From positions 4,631-68,630 of the forward strand of contig JBMOMD010000037.1 in the NCBI GenBank assembly GCA_049325295.1: a DNA stretch of 64,000 nucleotides, in the 5' to 3' direction. The translations under genes were made by a program, and so were the position numbers. Shown piece after piece: positions 40,134-47,842 of the stretch (the stretch's first letter is position 1; each line of letters opens with the position of its first letter). Source of the DNA: Nitrospirota bacterium (lineage in GTDB: Bacteria; Nitrospirota; Nitrospiria; 2-01-FULL-66-17). Below the pieces are notes generated by a model. It was not told the origin of the DNA. It ran no database searches and was given only the letters and a program-made list of their open reading frames with translations.

Positions 40134-40925
40134 ATGTGGGGTAAGCACGTAGGGATCATCGTAATAGTGTTGGGACTGGGCGTGGCGTCGGCGTGGGGTG
40201 GGGACGAGGTGGCGACCGTCAATGGGCAGCCGATCAGTAAGGCGGCGTTCGACGAGGCGGTGGCCGGCATGCCGCCGCATATGCAGGAGCGCGTGTCGAC
40301 GATCGAAGGTCGGGAGGCGTTGTTGGATGATCTGATCCTGCGCGAGGTGTTGTTACAGGAGAGCAAACGAGCCGGCGTGGAGAAGGACCCCGAGGTGAAG
40401 CGTCAATTGGAGGACGTGCGGCGTCAGATCCTTGTCCAGGCGACGCTCAAGAAGGTGGCGGATACCGACGTCACCGATGAGAAGGTCAAGGCCTATTATG
40501 AGGGGCACCAGGACGAATTCCGGCAGGTCCGGGCGAGCCACATCCTGGTGGAGACCGAAGAGCAGGCCAAGGACGCGAAAAAACGCGTGACCGACGGCGG
40601 CGACTTCGAGGCCTTGGCCAAGGAGTTGTCCACGGATCCGTCCGCGAAGGAGAACGGGGGCGACTTAGGGTTCTTCCAGAAAGATCAGATGGTCAAGCCC
40701 TTCGCCGAACGGGCGTTCGCCATGAAGGCGGGTGAGGTCAGCGATCCGGTCCAAACCGAGTTCGGGTATCACATCATCAAGGTCGCGGAGACCAAGGACG
40801 CGGCGGCGTTCGACAGCCTCGATCCGCAGGCCGTGATGGGGGTCAAGCAAACCGTGCTGGCCAAGCGCATCGAGGAATTAAAGGGGAAGGCCAAGATCGT
40901 GGTCCACAAGGACCGTTTGAAGTAG
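40134..40925 (+). CDS. PpiC-type peptidyl-prolyl isomerase (PrsA/SurA-like)
   Basis: Signal peptide; RASHILV, GGDLGFF and TEFGYHII motifs. Confidence 0.92.
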   Translation: MWGKHVGIIVIVLGLGVASAWGGDEVATVNGQPISKAAFDEAVAGMPPHMQERVSTIEGREALLDDLILREVLLQESKRAGVEKDPEVKRQLEDVRRQILVQATLKKVADTDVTDEKVKAYYEGHQDEFRQVRASHILVETEEQAKDAKKRVTDGGDFEALAKELSTDPSAKENGGDLGFFQKDQMVKPFAERAFAMKAGEVSDPVQTEFGYHIIKVAETKDAAAFDSLDPQAVMGVKQTVLAKRIEELKGKAKIVVHKDRLK

Positions 40926-40940
40926 CGCGAAGCCCGTGCG

Positions 40941-40967
40941 CCGGAGGGGCGGATCACGCCCCTCCGG
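40941..40967. terminator. Hairpin between convergent genes
   Basis: ccggaggggcg-gatca-cgcccctccgg; no T-tract. Confidence 0.45.
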
Positions 40968-40976
40968 GCGCGCGCC

Positions 40977-41291
40977 TCATTTAAACAGCGACTTCAGTCC
41001 GCCCAGAAATCCCTTCTGCTCCTTGGCCTCAAGGAGGAGTTCGAGTTCCCCGCGGTCGAAATAGATGCCGCCGCACGCCCCGCACTGATCCACCTTGATG
41101 CCCTGACGTTCGAGTTCGCGCATGTCCGCGCCGCACTTGGGGCACTTCATCCAGTGCGCGTGTCGCTGTTGAGTCTCCTGCTGTTTGCGCTGGGCGTCGA
41201 GTTCCTTGCGGCGCTTTTCCAGCAGTTCCTTGTTTTGTCGGTAGAAGAACTCTTCTTCCTTGTTGTAGCCCTTCTCCTGCAAGTCAGACAT
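40977..41291 (-). CDS. zf-TFIIB domain protein
   Basis: EEEFFYRQN, WMKCPKCG and CGACGGIYFDRGELE motifs. Confidence 0.85.
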   Translation of the reverse strand: MSDLQEKGYNKEEEFFYRQNKELLEKRRKELDAQRKQQETQQRHAHWMKCPKCGADMRELERQGIKVDQCGACGGIYFDRGELELLLEAKEQKGFLGGLKSLFK

Positions 41292-42270
41292 TGATCCGTC
41301 CTTTCATGGTGGTGGATGAGTCGGTCGAGTATTCCGCGAGCGTCCGCACGTGCGTCTCCACCGAATCCGCGAGCGCGGTGAGGTGGTACCCGCCCTCCAG
41401 ACAGGAGACGATGCGACCGCGGGCGCTCGCCGCGGCCCAGGCCAGCACCGCCTCGGTCATGGCGCGGTAACCGGCTTCGGTCACGTTCATCATGGCCAGG
41501 GGGTCGTCGCGATGCGCGTCGAAACCGGCCGAGATCAACACGAACTCCGGGTCGAACGCGCGCACCGCGGGCGCGATCCGAGTGTCGAACGCGGCAAGGT
41601 ACTCGTCGTCGCCGCGGCCCGCGGCCATCGGCACGTTGAGCGTGTACCCCTCGCCCGGCCCGTCTCCGCGTTCATCCGCGCCGCCGGTTCCGGGATACCA
41701 CGGGTACTGGTGCAGGCTGACGTAGAGCACGGTCGGATCGGCATAAAACGCGGCCTGGGTGCCGTTGCCGTGGTGCACGTCCCAATCCAATATCAGCACG
41801 CGCGCGACGCCGTGACGGCGTTGGACGTAGCGCGCCGCCACCGCGACGTTGTTGAAGAGACAAAACCCCATCGCGCGCGTCGGCTCCGCGTGGTGACCGG
41901 GCGGGCGGATCGCGCAGAACGCGTTGGCGGCGCGGCCGTCCATCACCGCGTCGATCGCGGCGAGCGTGCCGCCCACGGCCTGCAGCGCCGCGCGGTACGA
42001 CCCCGGAGACATCGGCGTGTCCGCGTCCAGATACACGTACCCCTGTTCGGGCGCGGCGGATTCGACGCGGTCGACGTGTCGCGGCGCGTGCACCGTTTCC
42101 AGCCACGCGCGATCGACCAGCGGCGCGGCAAGGCGCACCAGGCGCTTGGAGACGTCGGACGACTCCAGGCGCCGGAGAATGGCTTCCAAACGCCGCGGCG
42201 ACTCCGGGTGCGAGGGACCGGTGTCGTGCGCCAAAAATCCGGGGTCGGTGACGAGTCCGGTGGGTGACAC
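41284..42270 (-). CDS. Histone deacetylase family protein
   Basis: HPESPRRL, RPPGHHA, GFCLFNN, DWDVHHGNGTQ, SAGFDAH and LEGGY motifs. Start set at GTG 42270 just after a promoter. Confidence 0.93.
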   Translation of the reverse strand: MSPTGLVTDPGFLAHDTGPSHPESPRRLEAILRRLESSDVSKRLVRLAAPLVDRAWLETVHAPRHVDRVESAAPEQGYVYLDADTPMSPGSYRAALQAVGGTLAAIDAVMDGRAANAFCAIRPPGHHAEPTRAMGFCLFNNVAVAARYVQRRHGVARVLILDWDVHHGNGTQAAFYADPTVLYVSLHQYPWYPGTGGADERGDGPGEGYTLNVPMAAGRGDDEYLAAFDTRIAPAVRAFDPEFVLISAGFDAHRDDPLAMMNVTEAGYRAMTEAVLAWAAASARGRIVSCLEGGYHLTALADSVETHVRTLAEYSTDSSTTMKGRINV

Positions 42271-42276
42271 GGCGCT

Positions 42277-42305
42277 ACTATACCGAGACCTTGCGGTCGA
42301 TTCAA
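42277..42305 (-). promoter_or_regulatory. Sigma70 promoter of the deacetylase gene (leaderless transcript)
   Basis: Minus strand: TTGAAT-17-TATAGT, 6 nt before the GTG. Confidence 0.6.
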
Positions 42306-42318
42306 CGAACCGCGCTAT

Positions 42319-42499
42319 CAGGTTGCTGAAAAAGTCCATCCGCTGCGTTGCTTCGCCATCTGTAGGGAAGCGATTATTTCCATACCACGCCTTCGGCGCG
42401 GTGCAGATTCTCGCTCGTCGGAAATCCTCACGTACGACCCAGTACGCTCCGGTTTCCTCCTCGCTGCGGCCTTGCAGCTGGAACTTTTTGAGCAACCTG
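42319..42499 (+). mobile_element. Rod-like palindromic MITE-like element, copy D, with nested insert
   Basis: Terminal inverted repeats caggttgctgaaaaagtcca/tggaactttttgagcaacctg; same core as copies A-C. Confidence 0.75.
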
Positions 42500-42534
42500 C
42501 GAGTTCTTTAATATCCTGCTATGGCGATTTCTTG

Positions 42535-42567
42535 CCCCCCTTTGGCAAAGGGGGGATGGGGGGATTT
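42535..42567. repeat. CCCCCCTTTNNNAAAGGGGGG-type small palindromic repeat
   Basis: cccccctttggcaaaggggggatggggggattt. Confidence 0.55.
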
Positions 42568-42626
42568 GCCTTGCGCTCCACAACGGGTGGAGTATTCCTT
42601 ACTGAACCGGTTAGTATGATACGTCA

Positions 42627-43391
42627 ATGGCAAGGCTCTCCCTCGGCGCTTCCGGCGAGTTTCTCGAGTACACGCTCAACGCGCCTCCGACCTGCGACAA
42701 CCCGGACACGGCCGTCATCTACGTCCACGGCTTTGCCTCGTCGCAACGCGGGGAGAAGGCGACGTACTTCGGCGAGCGGTTCGTGGCGCGCGGCGACGCG
42801 TACCTGACGTTCGACCTGCGCGGGCACGGCGAATCCAGCGGCACGATGAAGGAGTTGACCCTCACGCGCGCCCTGGCGGACGTCGAAACCGTCCTCGCGT
42901 GGGCGCGGCAGCGGTTTTCCCGGATCGCGGTCATCGGCTCCTCGCTCGGCGGGCAACTCGCGGCCTGGGCCGCGGCGCGCCATCCAAAGGACGTCACCGC
43001 GAACCTGTTGATCGCGCCGGCGTTCTCGTTTTATGAAAACCGCGTCCGCGAGCTCGGCCCCGACGGGGAGGCGCGGTTGCGCGCCGAGGGCTACGCCGTC
43101 GTCCGCAACGAGTGGGTCACCGCGACCATCGGGCGGGAGTTGGTGGAGGATGCGGCGGGCTACGGCCTGGACCGCCTGTTGCCCAAATACCGGACGCCTA
43201 CCTTGATCCTACACGGCGCGGAGGACGCCACGGTTCCGATCGCCGGCAGCGTGGAGTTCGTCCGACGGTCCGCCGCGCGCCCGTTGGAACTGGTGGCCAT
43301 CGCGGGCGGCGACCATCGCCTGACGGACCATAAGGCCGTGCTCTTCGATTACATGATCGGATTTCTCGGCCGACTAGACCGCCGTGCCTAG
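42627..43391 (+). CDS. Alpha/beta hydrolase
   Basis: YVHGFAS, FDLRGHGES, GSSLGG, HGAED and GGDHRL motifs. Confidence 0.88.
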   Translation: MARLSLGASGEFLEYTLNAPPTCDNPDTAVIYVHGFASSQRGEKATYFGERFVARGDAYLTFDLRGHGESSGTMKELTLTRALADVETVLAWARQRFSRIAVIGSSLGGQLAAWAAARHPKDVTANLLIAPAFSFYENRVRELGPDGEARLRAEGYAVVRNEWVTATIGRELVEDAAGYGLDRLLPKYRTPTLILHGAEDATVPIAGSVEFVRRSAARPLELVAIAGGDHRLTDHKAVLFDYMIGFLGRLDRRA

Positions 43392-44399
43392 TGCCGGGCG
43401 CACGTCGCGGATAAACGAATGCGCGCGCGCGCGGTCGTGGATCGCGGCGATTTCGGCGATCCCGATGGTTTCGGCGAGCTTGGCGTTTTCCTGGGTTTGG
43501 TGCGTGCGGGAGACCGTGGTGTTGTCGGTGCAGACCGCGACCGGCACGCCGGCGTCGAGGAACGTGAAGATGGGGTGCGGCTGGCCGCGTTTGACCGCGC
43601 CGGTGTGGTAGTTGGAGGTCAGGCAGCACTCGACCAACACGCGATCCGCGGCCAACCGTTTCACCAGCGCGGGGTCCTGTACCGCGGAGCAGCCGTGGCC
43701 GATTCGCGTGACGCCGAGCACGTCGATCGCCTGCCAGATGCAGTCCGGGCCTTCATCTTCCCCGGCGTGGACGGTCAGGCCGAGCCCGCCCTTGCGCGCG
43801 ACGTCGTACGCGGCGCGGAACAGCCGCGGCGGATTCCCGCGTTCCGCGCCGGCCAAGTCGAACCCGATCACGCCGGTCCGGTCGTGCAGGTGTTGGGCTT
43901 CGCTGATGGCCTGACGGGCCAAGATTTTTGCGATGTGCGGGCCTTGGTGGCGCATCGCGATGATGATCAGGCCGGTCTTGACCCCGTGTCGTTCCTCCGC
44001 GTGGTTGAGGCCGGACAACACCGCGCTGATCGCCTGGCGCAAGGTCAGACCGGCGTAGGTGTGGATAATGGGGGAGTAGCGCAGTTCCAGCGCGGTCACC
44101 CCGTGCGACGCCGCGTCGGCCACGATCGCTTCGATCACCCGGGTGATGTTGCCGTAGAACTGCGTGATCCACGCCGGGTAGTGGAACTTGTCCAAATACC
44201 GGATCAAAGTGCCTTCTTCATCCGGTTGCAGCGTCAACAGCCGCTCCATGTCCTCGACGGTGTCGACCGGCGCGAGGTCGTGTTTGGCCATCAATTCCCA
44301 CGTGATCGGAATCGGGATGGACCCGTCCACGTGTTGATGCAACTCGGTTTTCGGGATGCGACGGACGGCTTCCGAGAGGTCGGGTGACGGACTGTTCAC
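43374..44399 (-). CDS. Adenosine deaminase family protein
   Basis: PKTELHQHVDG, ELRYSP, DLAGAE, TVHAGE, RIGHG and CTDN motifs. Start set at GTG 44399 after a promoter. Confidence 0.9.
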   Translation of the reverse strand: MNSPSPDLSEAVRRIPKTELHQHVDGSIPIPITWELMAKHDLAPVDTVEDMERLLTLQPDEEGTLIRYLDKFHYPAWITQFYGNITRVIEAIVADAASHGVTALELRYSPIIHTYAGLTLRQAISAVLSGLNHAEERHGVKTGLIIIAMRHQGPHIAKILARQAISEAQHLHDRTGVIGFDLAGAERGNPPRLFRAAYDVARKGGLGLTVHAGEDEGPDCIWQAIDVLGVTRIGHGCSAVQDPALVKRLAADRVLVECCLTSNYHTGAVKRGQPHPIFTFLDAGVPVAVCTDNTTVSRTHQTQENAKLAETIGIAEIAAIHDRARAHSFIRDVRPALGTAV

Positions 44400-44408
44400 G
44401 GTGAGCTG

Positions 44409-44437
44409 AGTATAGGATTGGCCCACCACCGTGTCAA
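44409..44437 (-). promoter_or_regulatory. Sigma70 promoter of the adenosine deaminase gene
   Basis: Minus strand: TTGACA-17-TATACT, 9 nt before the GTG. Confidence 0.65.
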
Positions 44438-44517
44438 AGCAAGCGCTCGAGGTCGCCGCTGCGCTTGCGGCGCGCGGGCGACCTCGCTATGCTGGTGGTT
44501 GTTCGGAGACGGGTGAG

Positions 44518-45411
44518 GTGAAGACGATCGCGTTTGTGGGGTTGGGCATTATGGGGAGCCGGATGGCCGGTCGATTGTTGAGCGCCGGGTTCTCGGTTCG
44601 GGTGTGGAACCGCACGCGATCGGCGTGCGAAGGCCTTCGCGCCCAAGGCGCGACGGTGGTCGACGCGCCCGCGGACGCGGCCGCCGGCGCGGACGCGGCG
44701 ATCACCATGCTCGGGGATCCCGCCTCGGTGCGGGACGTGGCGCTGGGCCCGAACGGCCTGATCGAGGCCCTGGCTGCGGGCGCGGTGTACGTGGACATGA
44801 CCACGGTGGATCCGGCCACCTCGCGCGGGTTGGACTGCGCGTGCCGGGCCCGAGGCGTCGCGTTCGTGGACGCGCCGGTGACCGGGAGCAAGTCGGCCGC
44901 GGCGAACGGGGAACTCGTGCTCATGGTCGGAGGCGCGGCGGACGCGGTGGGCCGGCTCGCCCCGGTGTTCGCGCCGATGGCCAAACACGTGGTGCACATG
45001 GGACCGGCCGGCTCCGGCTCGATGATGAAGTTGGTGAACAATCTGGCGATCGCGGGGTCGATGTTGGCGTTGTTCGAGGGTGTGACCCTGGGGCGACGAT
45101 CGGGATTGGACGACGACCGGATGCTGGACGTGCTGACGCACAGCGCGCTGGCGTCGCCGCTGTTGGCGCTCAAGGGCGACGCGGTCCGCCGACGGGACTT
45201 CGCGCCGCACTTTGCGTTCAAACACATGGCCAAGGACATTCGATTGGCCCGGGCGGAAGCCGAGACCCGCGGCGCGCCGCACGAACTGGGAGATCTGTTG
45301 AACGCGTTGTTCTCCGCCGGCCTGGACGCCGGCTTGGGTGAGGACGACTTCGCCGCGCTGATCAACGTCGTCGAGGGACTCGATCAACCGTCGGAGCCGC
45401 GCCGTGGATGA
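44518..45411 (+). CDS. NAD(P)-dependent beta-hydroxyacid dehydrogenase (3-hydroxyisobutyrate DH family)
   Basis: AFVGLGIMG, WNRT, DAPVTGS, MKLVNN and HMAKD motifs. Confidence 0.9.
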   Translation: MKTIAFVGLGIMGSRMAGRLLSAGFSVRVWNRTRSACEGLRAQGATVVDAPADAAAGADAAITMLGDPASVRDVALGPNGLIEALAAGAVYVDMTTVDPATSRGLDCACRARGVAFVDAPVTGSKSAAANGELVLMVGGAADAVGRLAPVFAPMAKHVVHMGPAGSGSMMKLVNNLAIAGSMLALFEGVTLGRRSGLDDDRMLDVLTHSALASPLLALKGDAVRRRDFAPHFAFKHMAKDIRLARAEAETRGAPHELGDLLNALFSAGLDAGLGEDDFAALINVVEGLDQPSEPRRG

Positions 45412-45748
45412 ACGCGTATTACACGAGACGTTTCCCGGCGGCGCGCAAGTCGTGCGCTGGCCGCACCGGCACGCGCTCCCGGAGGCGGAGGTCACGGCGT
45501 TTTTCCACGCGAGGGGAATCGCCGCGACCCGGTGGAGCAACGCCCCGGGGACCGTCTACGAGGAACACGCGCACGCGTATCGGAAAATGCTGTTTTGCGT
45601 CGAAGGGAGCATCACGTTTTCTCTGCCCGAGCAGGGCCGCGACGTGCGTCTGGCGCCGGGCGATCGTCTCACGCTGCCGCCGGGCGTGCGCCATCGCGCG
45701 CTCGTGGGCGATCACGGCGTGACGTGTATCGAGGGCGGCCTCTCGTGA
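45404..45748 (+). CDS. Cupin domain protein
   Basis: HAHAY...CVEGSITF and PGDRLTLPPGVRH motifs. Confidence 0.8.
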   Translation: MDERVLHETFPGGAQVVRWPHRHALPEAEVTAFFHARGIAATRWSNAPGTVYEEHAHAYRKMLFCVEGSITFSLPEQGRDVRLAPGDRLTLPPGVRHRALVGDHGVTCIEGGLS

Positions 45749-46749
45749 GCGACCGGCGCGCCGGCGGGTTCGGGTGGGCGTGGCGCGCGGTCGCGACGCT
45801 GGCCGTGTTGTCGCTCGTCCTGCCGTGGCTGGGAAGCCGCTTTTGGCTGGCGGAGTTGAGCACGCACTTCGTGCCGCACTACGCGGCGGCGGCGTTGATC
45901 GTCGCGATCGTGCTGGGGCTGAGGAACCGACCGTTCGCGTCCCTGGCCGCCTTGGCGGTGTGCGCGGTGCAGGTGGCGCGCCTCTTGCCGCTCTGGGCAC
46001 AGCCCGACCTCCCCGTAACACCCGGTCCGGCCGAACGGCTCACCATCTCGCAATTAAACGTGAACTTCAACAACGCCGACATCGACCGAATTGTGCAGTG
46101 GTTCGAGACCCAGGATTCGGATGTCGCCGTGCTCGTGGAGGTCACCCCGGAGTGGTCGGAGGCCATGACCTCGTTGCGGGCCCGATACCCCCATTCGCTG
46201 GTTCGGATTCCGCCGGATGGGTCCGGCGTGGCGGTGTTTGCGAAACAGGCCTCGCCGTTGTTTCGCGTGGAACCGTTGGGCGACGCGTGGTGTCCGGCGG
46301 TGGTGCTGAACGTGCCGCAGCCCACCGGGCCGTCGGTGCTCGCGTTGTTTGCGACCCACCTGCGGAGTCCGATGACGCCGGGTGACGCGGCGGCGAGGAA
46401 CCGGCAATTGTCGGTGCTCGCTCGCCGAGTTGAGGCGGAACCCGCGCTCAATAAGGTCGTGGTCGGCGATCTGAACATCACCCGCTGGTCGCCCTTGTTC
46501 GGCCACCTCACCGGACCGACCGGCATCCGGGACGGCCAGGAAGGATTCGGGTTGGGAGGCAGTTGGCCCAGCGTGTTGGGGCAATGGATGGGCATCCCGA
46601 TCGACCAAACGTTGGTGTCCTCCCGCGTGCGCGTGGTGCGGCGGGTGGTGGGGCCGGATTTGGGGTCGGACCATTTGCCGGTGACGACGACGATTGAGTT
46701 TTCGCCGGGCGTCGGGCTCGGCGCGGACGACCGCGACTTTTCCGCCTGA
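45745..46749 (+). CDS. Endonuclease/exonuclease/phosphatase family membrane protein (YafD-like)
   Basis: N-terminal TM helices; QLNV, LVEV, VGDLN, PIDQ and GSDHLP motifs. Confidence 0.88.
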   Translation: MSDRRAGGFGWAWRAVATLAVLSLVLPWLGSRFWLAELSTHFVPHYAAAALIVAIVLGLRNRPFASLAALAVCAVQVARLLPLWAQPDLPVTPGPAERLTISQLNVNFNNADIDRIVQWFETQDSDVAVLVEVTPEWSEAMTSLRARYPHSLVRIPPDGSGVAVFAKQASPLFRVEPLGDAWCPAVVLNVPQPTGPSVLALFATHLRSPMTPGDAAARNRQLSVLARRVEAEPALNKVVVGDLNITRWSPLFGHLTGPTGIRDGQEGFGLGGSWPSVLGQWMGIPIDQTLVSSRVRVVRRVVGPDLGSDHLPVTTTIEFSPGVGLGADDRDFSA

Positions 46750-46903
46750 GAGCCCGGCCATGAGGGGCCATCTGCGGCGTTGTCGCTGCGCGTCCGCTTG
46801 CTTCGCCACGCACAAACCGCGTTCTCACGTAAAGGCCCCGATTAGAAGTCCTGCGTGCGGGCGCTCGCTCCGCCTTGCATCTGGCCCGCTCCTGGCCAGG
46901 CTC
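46750..46903 (+). mobile_element. Rod-like palindromic MITE-like element, copy E (altered core, nested insert)
   Basis: Terminal inverted repeats gagcccggcca/tggccaggctc; arms nearly identical to copy B. Confidence 0.7.
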
Positions 46904-46922
46904 CGCGTTCGCGGGGAAAAAA

Positions 46923-46949
46923 GCCATTCCCGCGCAGGCGGGAATCCAG
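46923..46949. repeat. REP-like palindrome (same family as 4344-4413)
   Basis: gccattcccgcgcaggcgggaatccag. Confidence 0.7.
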
Positions 46950-46975
46950 GCTACTCGGGGTCCAGGTACAAGCTC

Positions 46976-47635
46976 TTAGTCAGGCAAGAGTCGGGGTAGG
47001 TGTGGCGCGAGGTCGGGAAGGCTCGGGATCACCAGGTCCGCTCCGGCAGCCACCAACTCGTCGGCTTCATGTGCGCCCCAGCACACGCCGATCGCCCGAA
47101 CACCTGCTGACCGCGCCATGTCCACGTCGAATGTGGTATCGCCCACCATGATTGCCCGCTCCGCGGGGACACCCATCTCGTCCAGGATCTGCAACAGCAT
47201 CTCGGGGTGGGGTTTGGGGCGGCAGAGGTCGCCGGTTTTGACCGCGGCGAAGTAGTCGGTCAACCCGTGCTCCGCGATGATCCGCAGCGCGCCCGCTCGG
47301 CTTTTGCCCGTGGCCATGGCCAGGTGCCGCCCCTGGCCCCGCACCACATCCAGGAATTCGCGCACGCCGGCAAAGAGCGGATCGCGTCCCACGGCGTTCA
47401 CCGCGTATTGCGCGCGATAGTGGTGAATGATGCGCGCGCGCTCGTCCGCCGACGATTCGGGGAGGAGATGCTGCAGCGCGTCGTCGAACGACAATCCAAT
47501 GATCCGCGCTACCCGCTCCGGCGGCAACGGCGCATAACCGAGCGTGACGATCGCCTCGTTGAACACCGCGACAATGTGCCCGGCGCTGTCCACGAGCGTG
47601 CCGTCGCAATCGAGAATCACGACGCTGGGAGCCAT
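46976..47635 (-). CDS. HAD-superfamily phosphatase (Gph-like)
   Basis: LDCDGTLVDS, ATGK, KPHPEM and MVGDTTFD motifs. Confidence 0.9.
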   Translation of the reverse strand: MAPSVVILDCDGTLVDSAGHIVAVFNEAIVTLGYAPLPPERVARIIGLSFDDALQHLLPESSADERARIIHHYRAQYAVNAVGRDPLFAGVREFLDVVRGQGRHLAMATGKSRAGALRIIAEHGLTDYFAAVKTGDLCRPKPHPEMLLQILDEMGVPAERAIMVGDTTFDVDMARSAGVRAIGVCWGAHEADELVAAGADLVIPSLPDLAPHLPRLLPD

Positions 47636-47756
47636 ACGCGGGCGAGTCTATCACGACGATGGGCCGGGAGCCAGCGTCCGACGGCGGTCGCACATCATAC
47701 CCTTCGAACAACATGGATCCATACCCGTCTAGATCTCTCGACCATAAATTTTGTGT

Positions 47757-47786
47757 TTGACAGCAACGGGTCCTCTCTGCTAGGTT
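47757..47786 (+). promoter_or_regulatory. Possible sigma70 promoter of the secreted three-gene module
   Basis: TTGACA-18-TAGGTT with an extended-10 TG. Confidence 0.4.
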
Positions 47787-47842
47787 CGCGGCCGTCGTTC
47801 TGATACCGGATCAGGCTGCGCTCTCTTCATGGGAGAACGACG

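Noticed and set aside
42271-42495. 75-aa N-terminal extension of the deacetylase ORF
   Set aside because: It reads through repeat copy D, and a good promoter lies just before GTG 42270.
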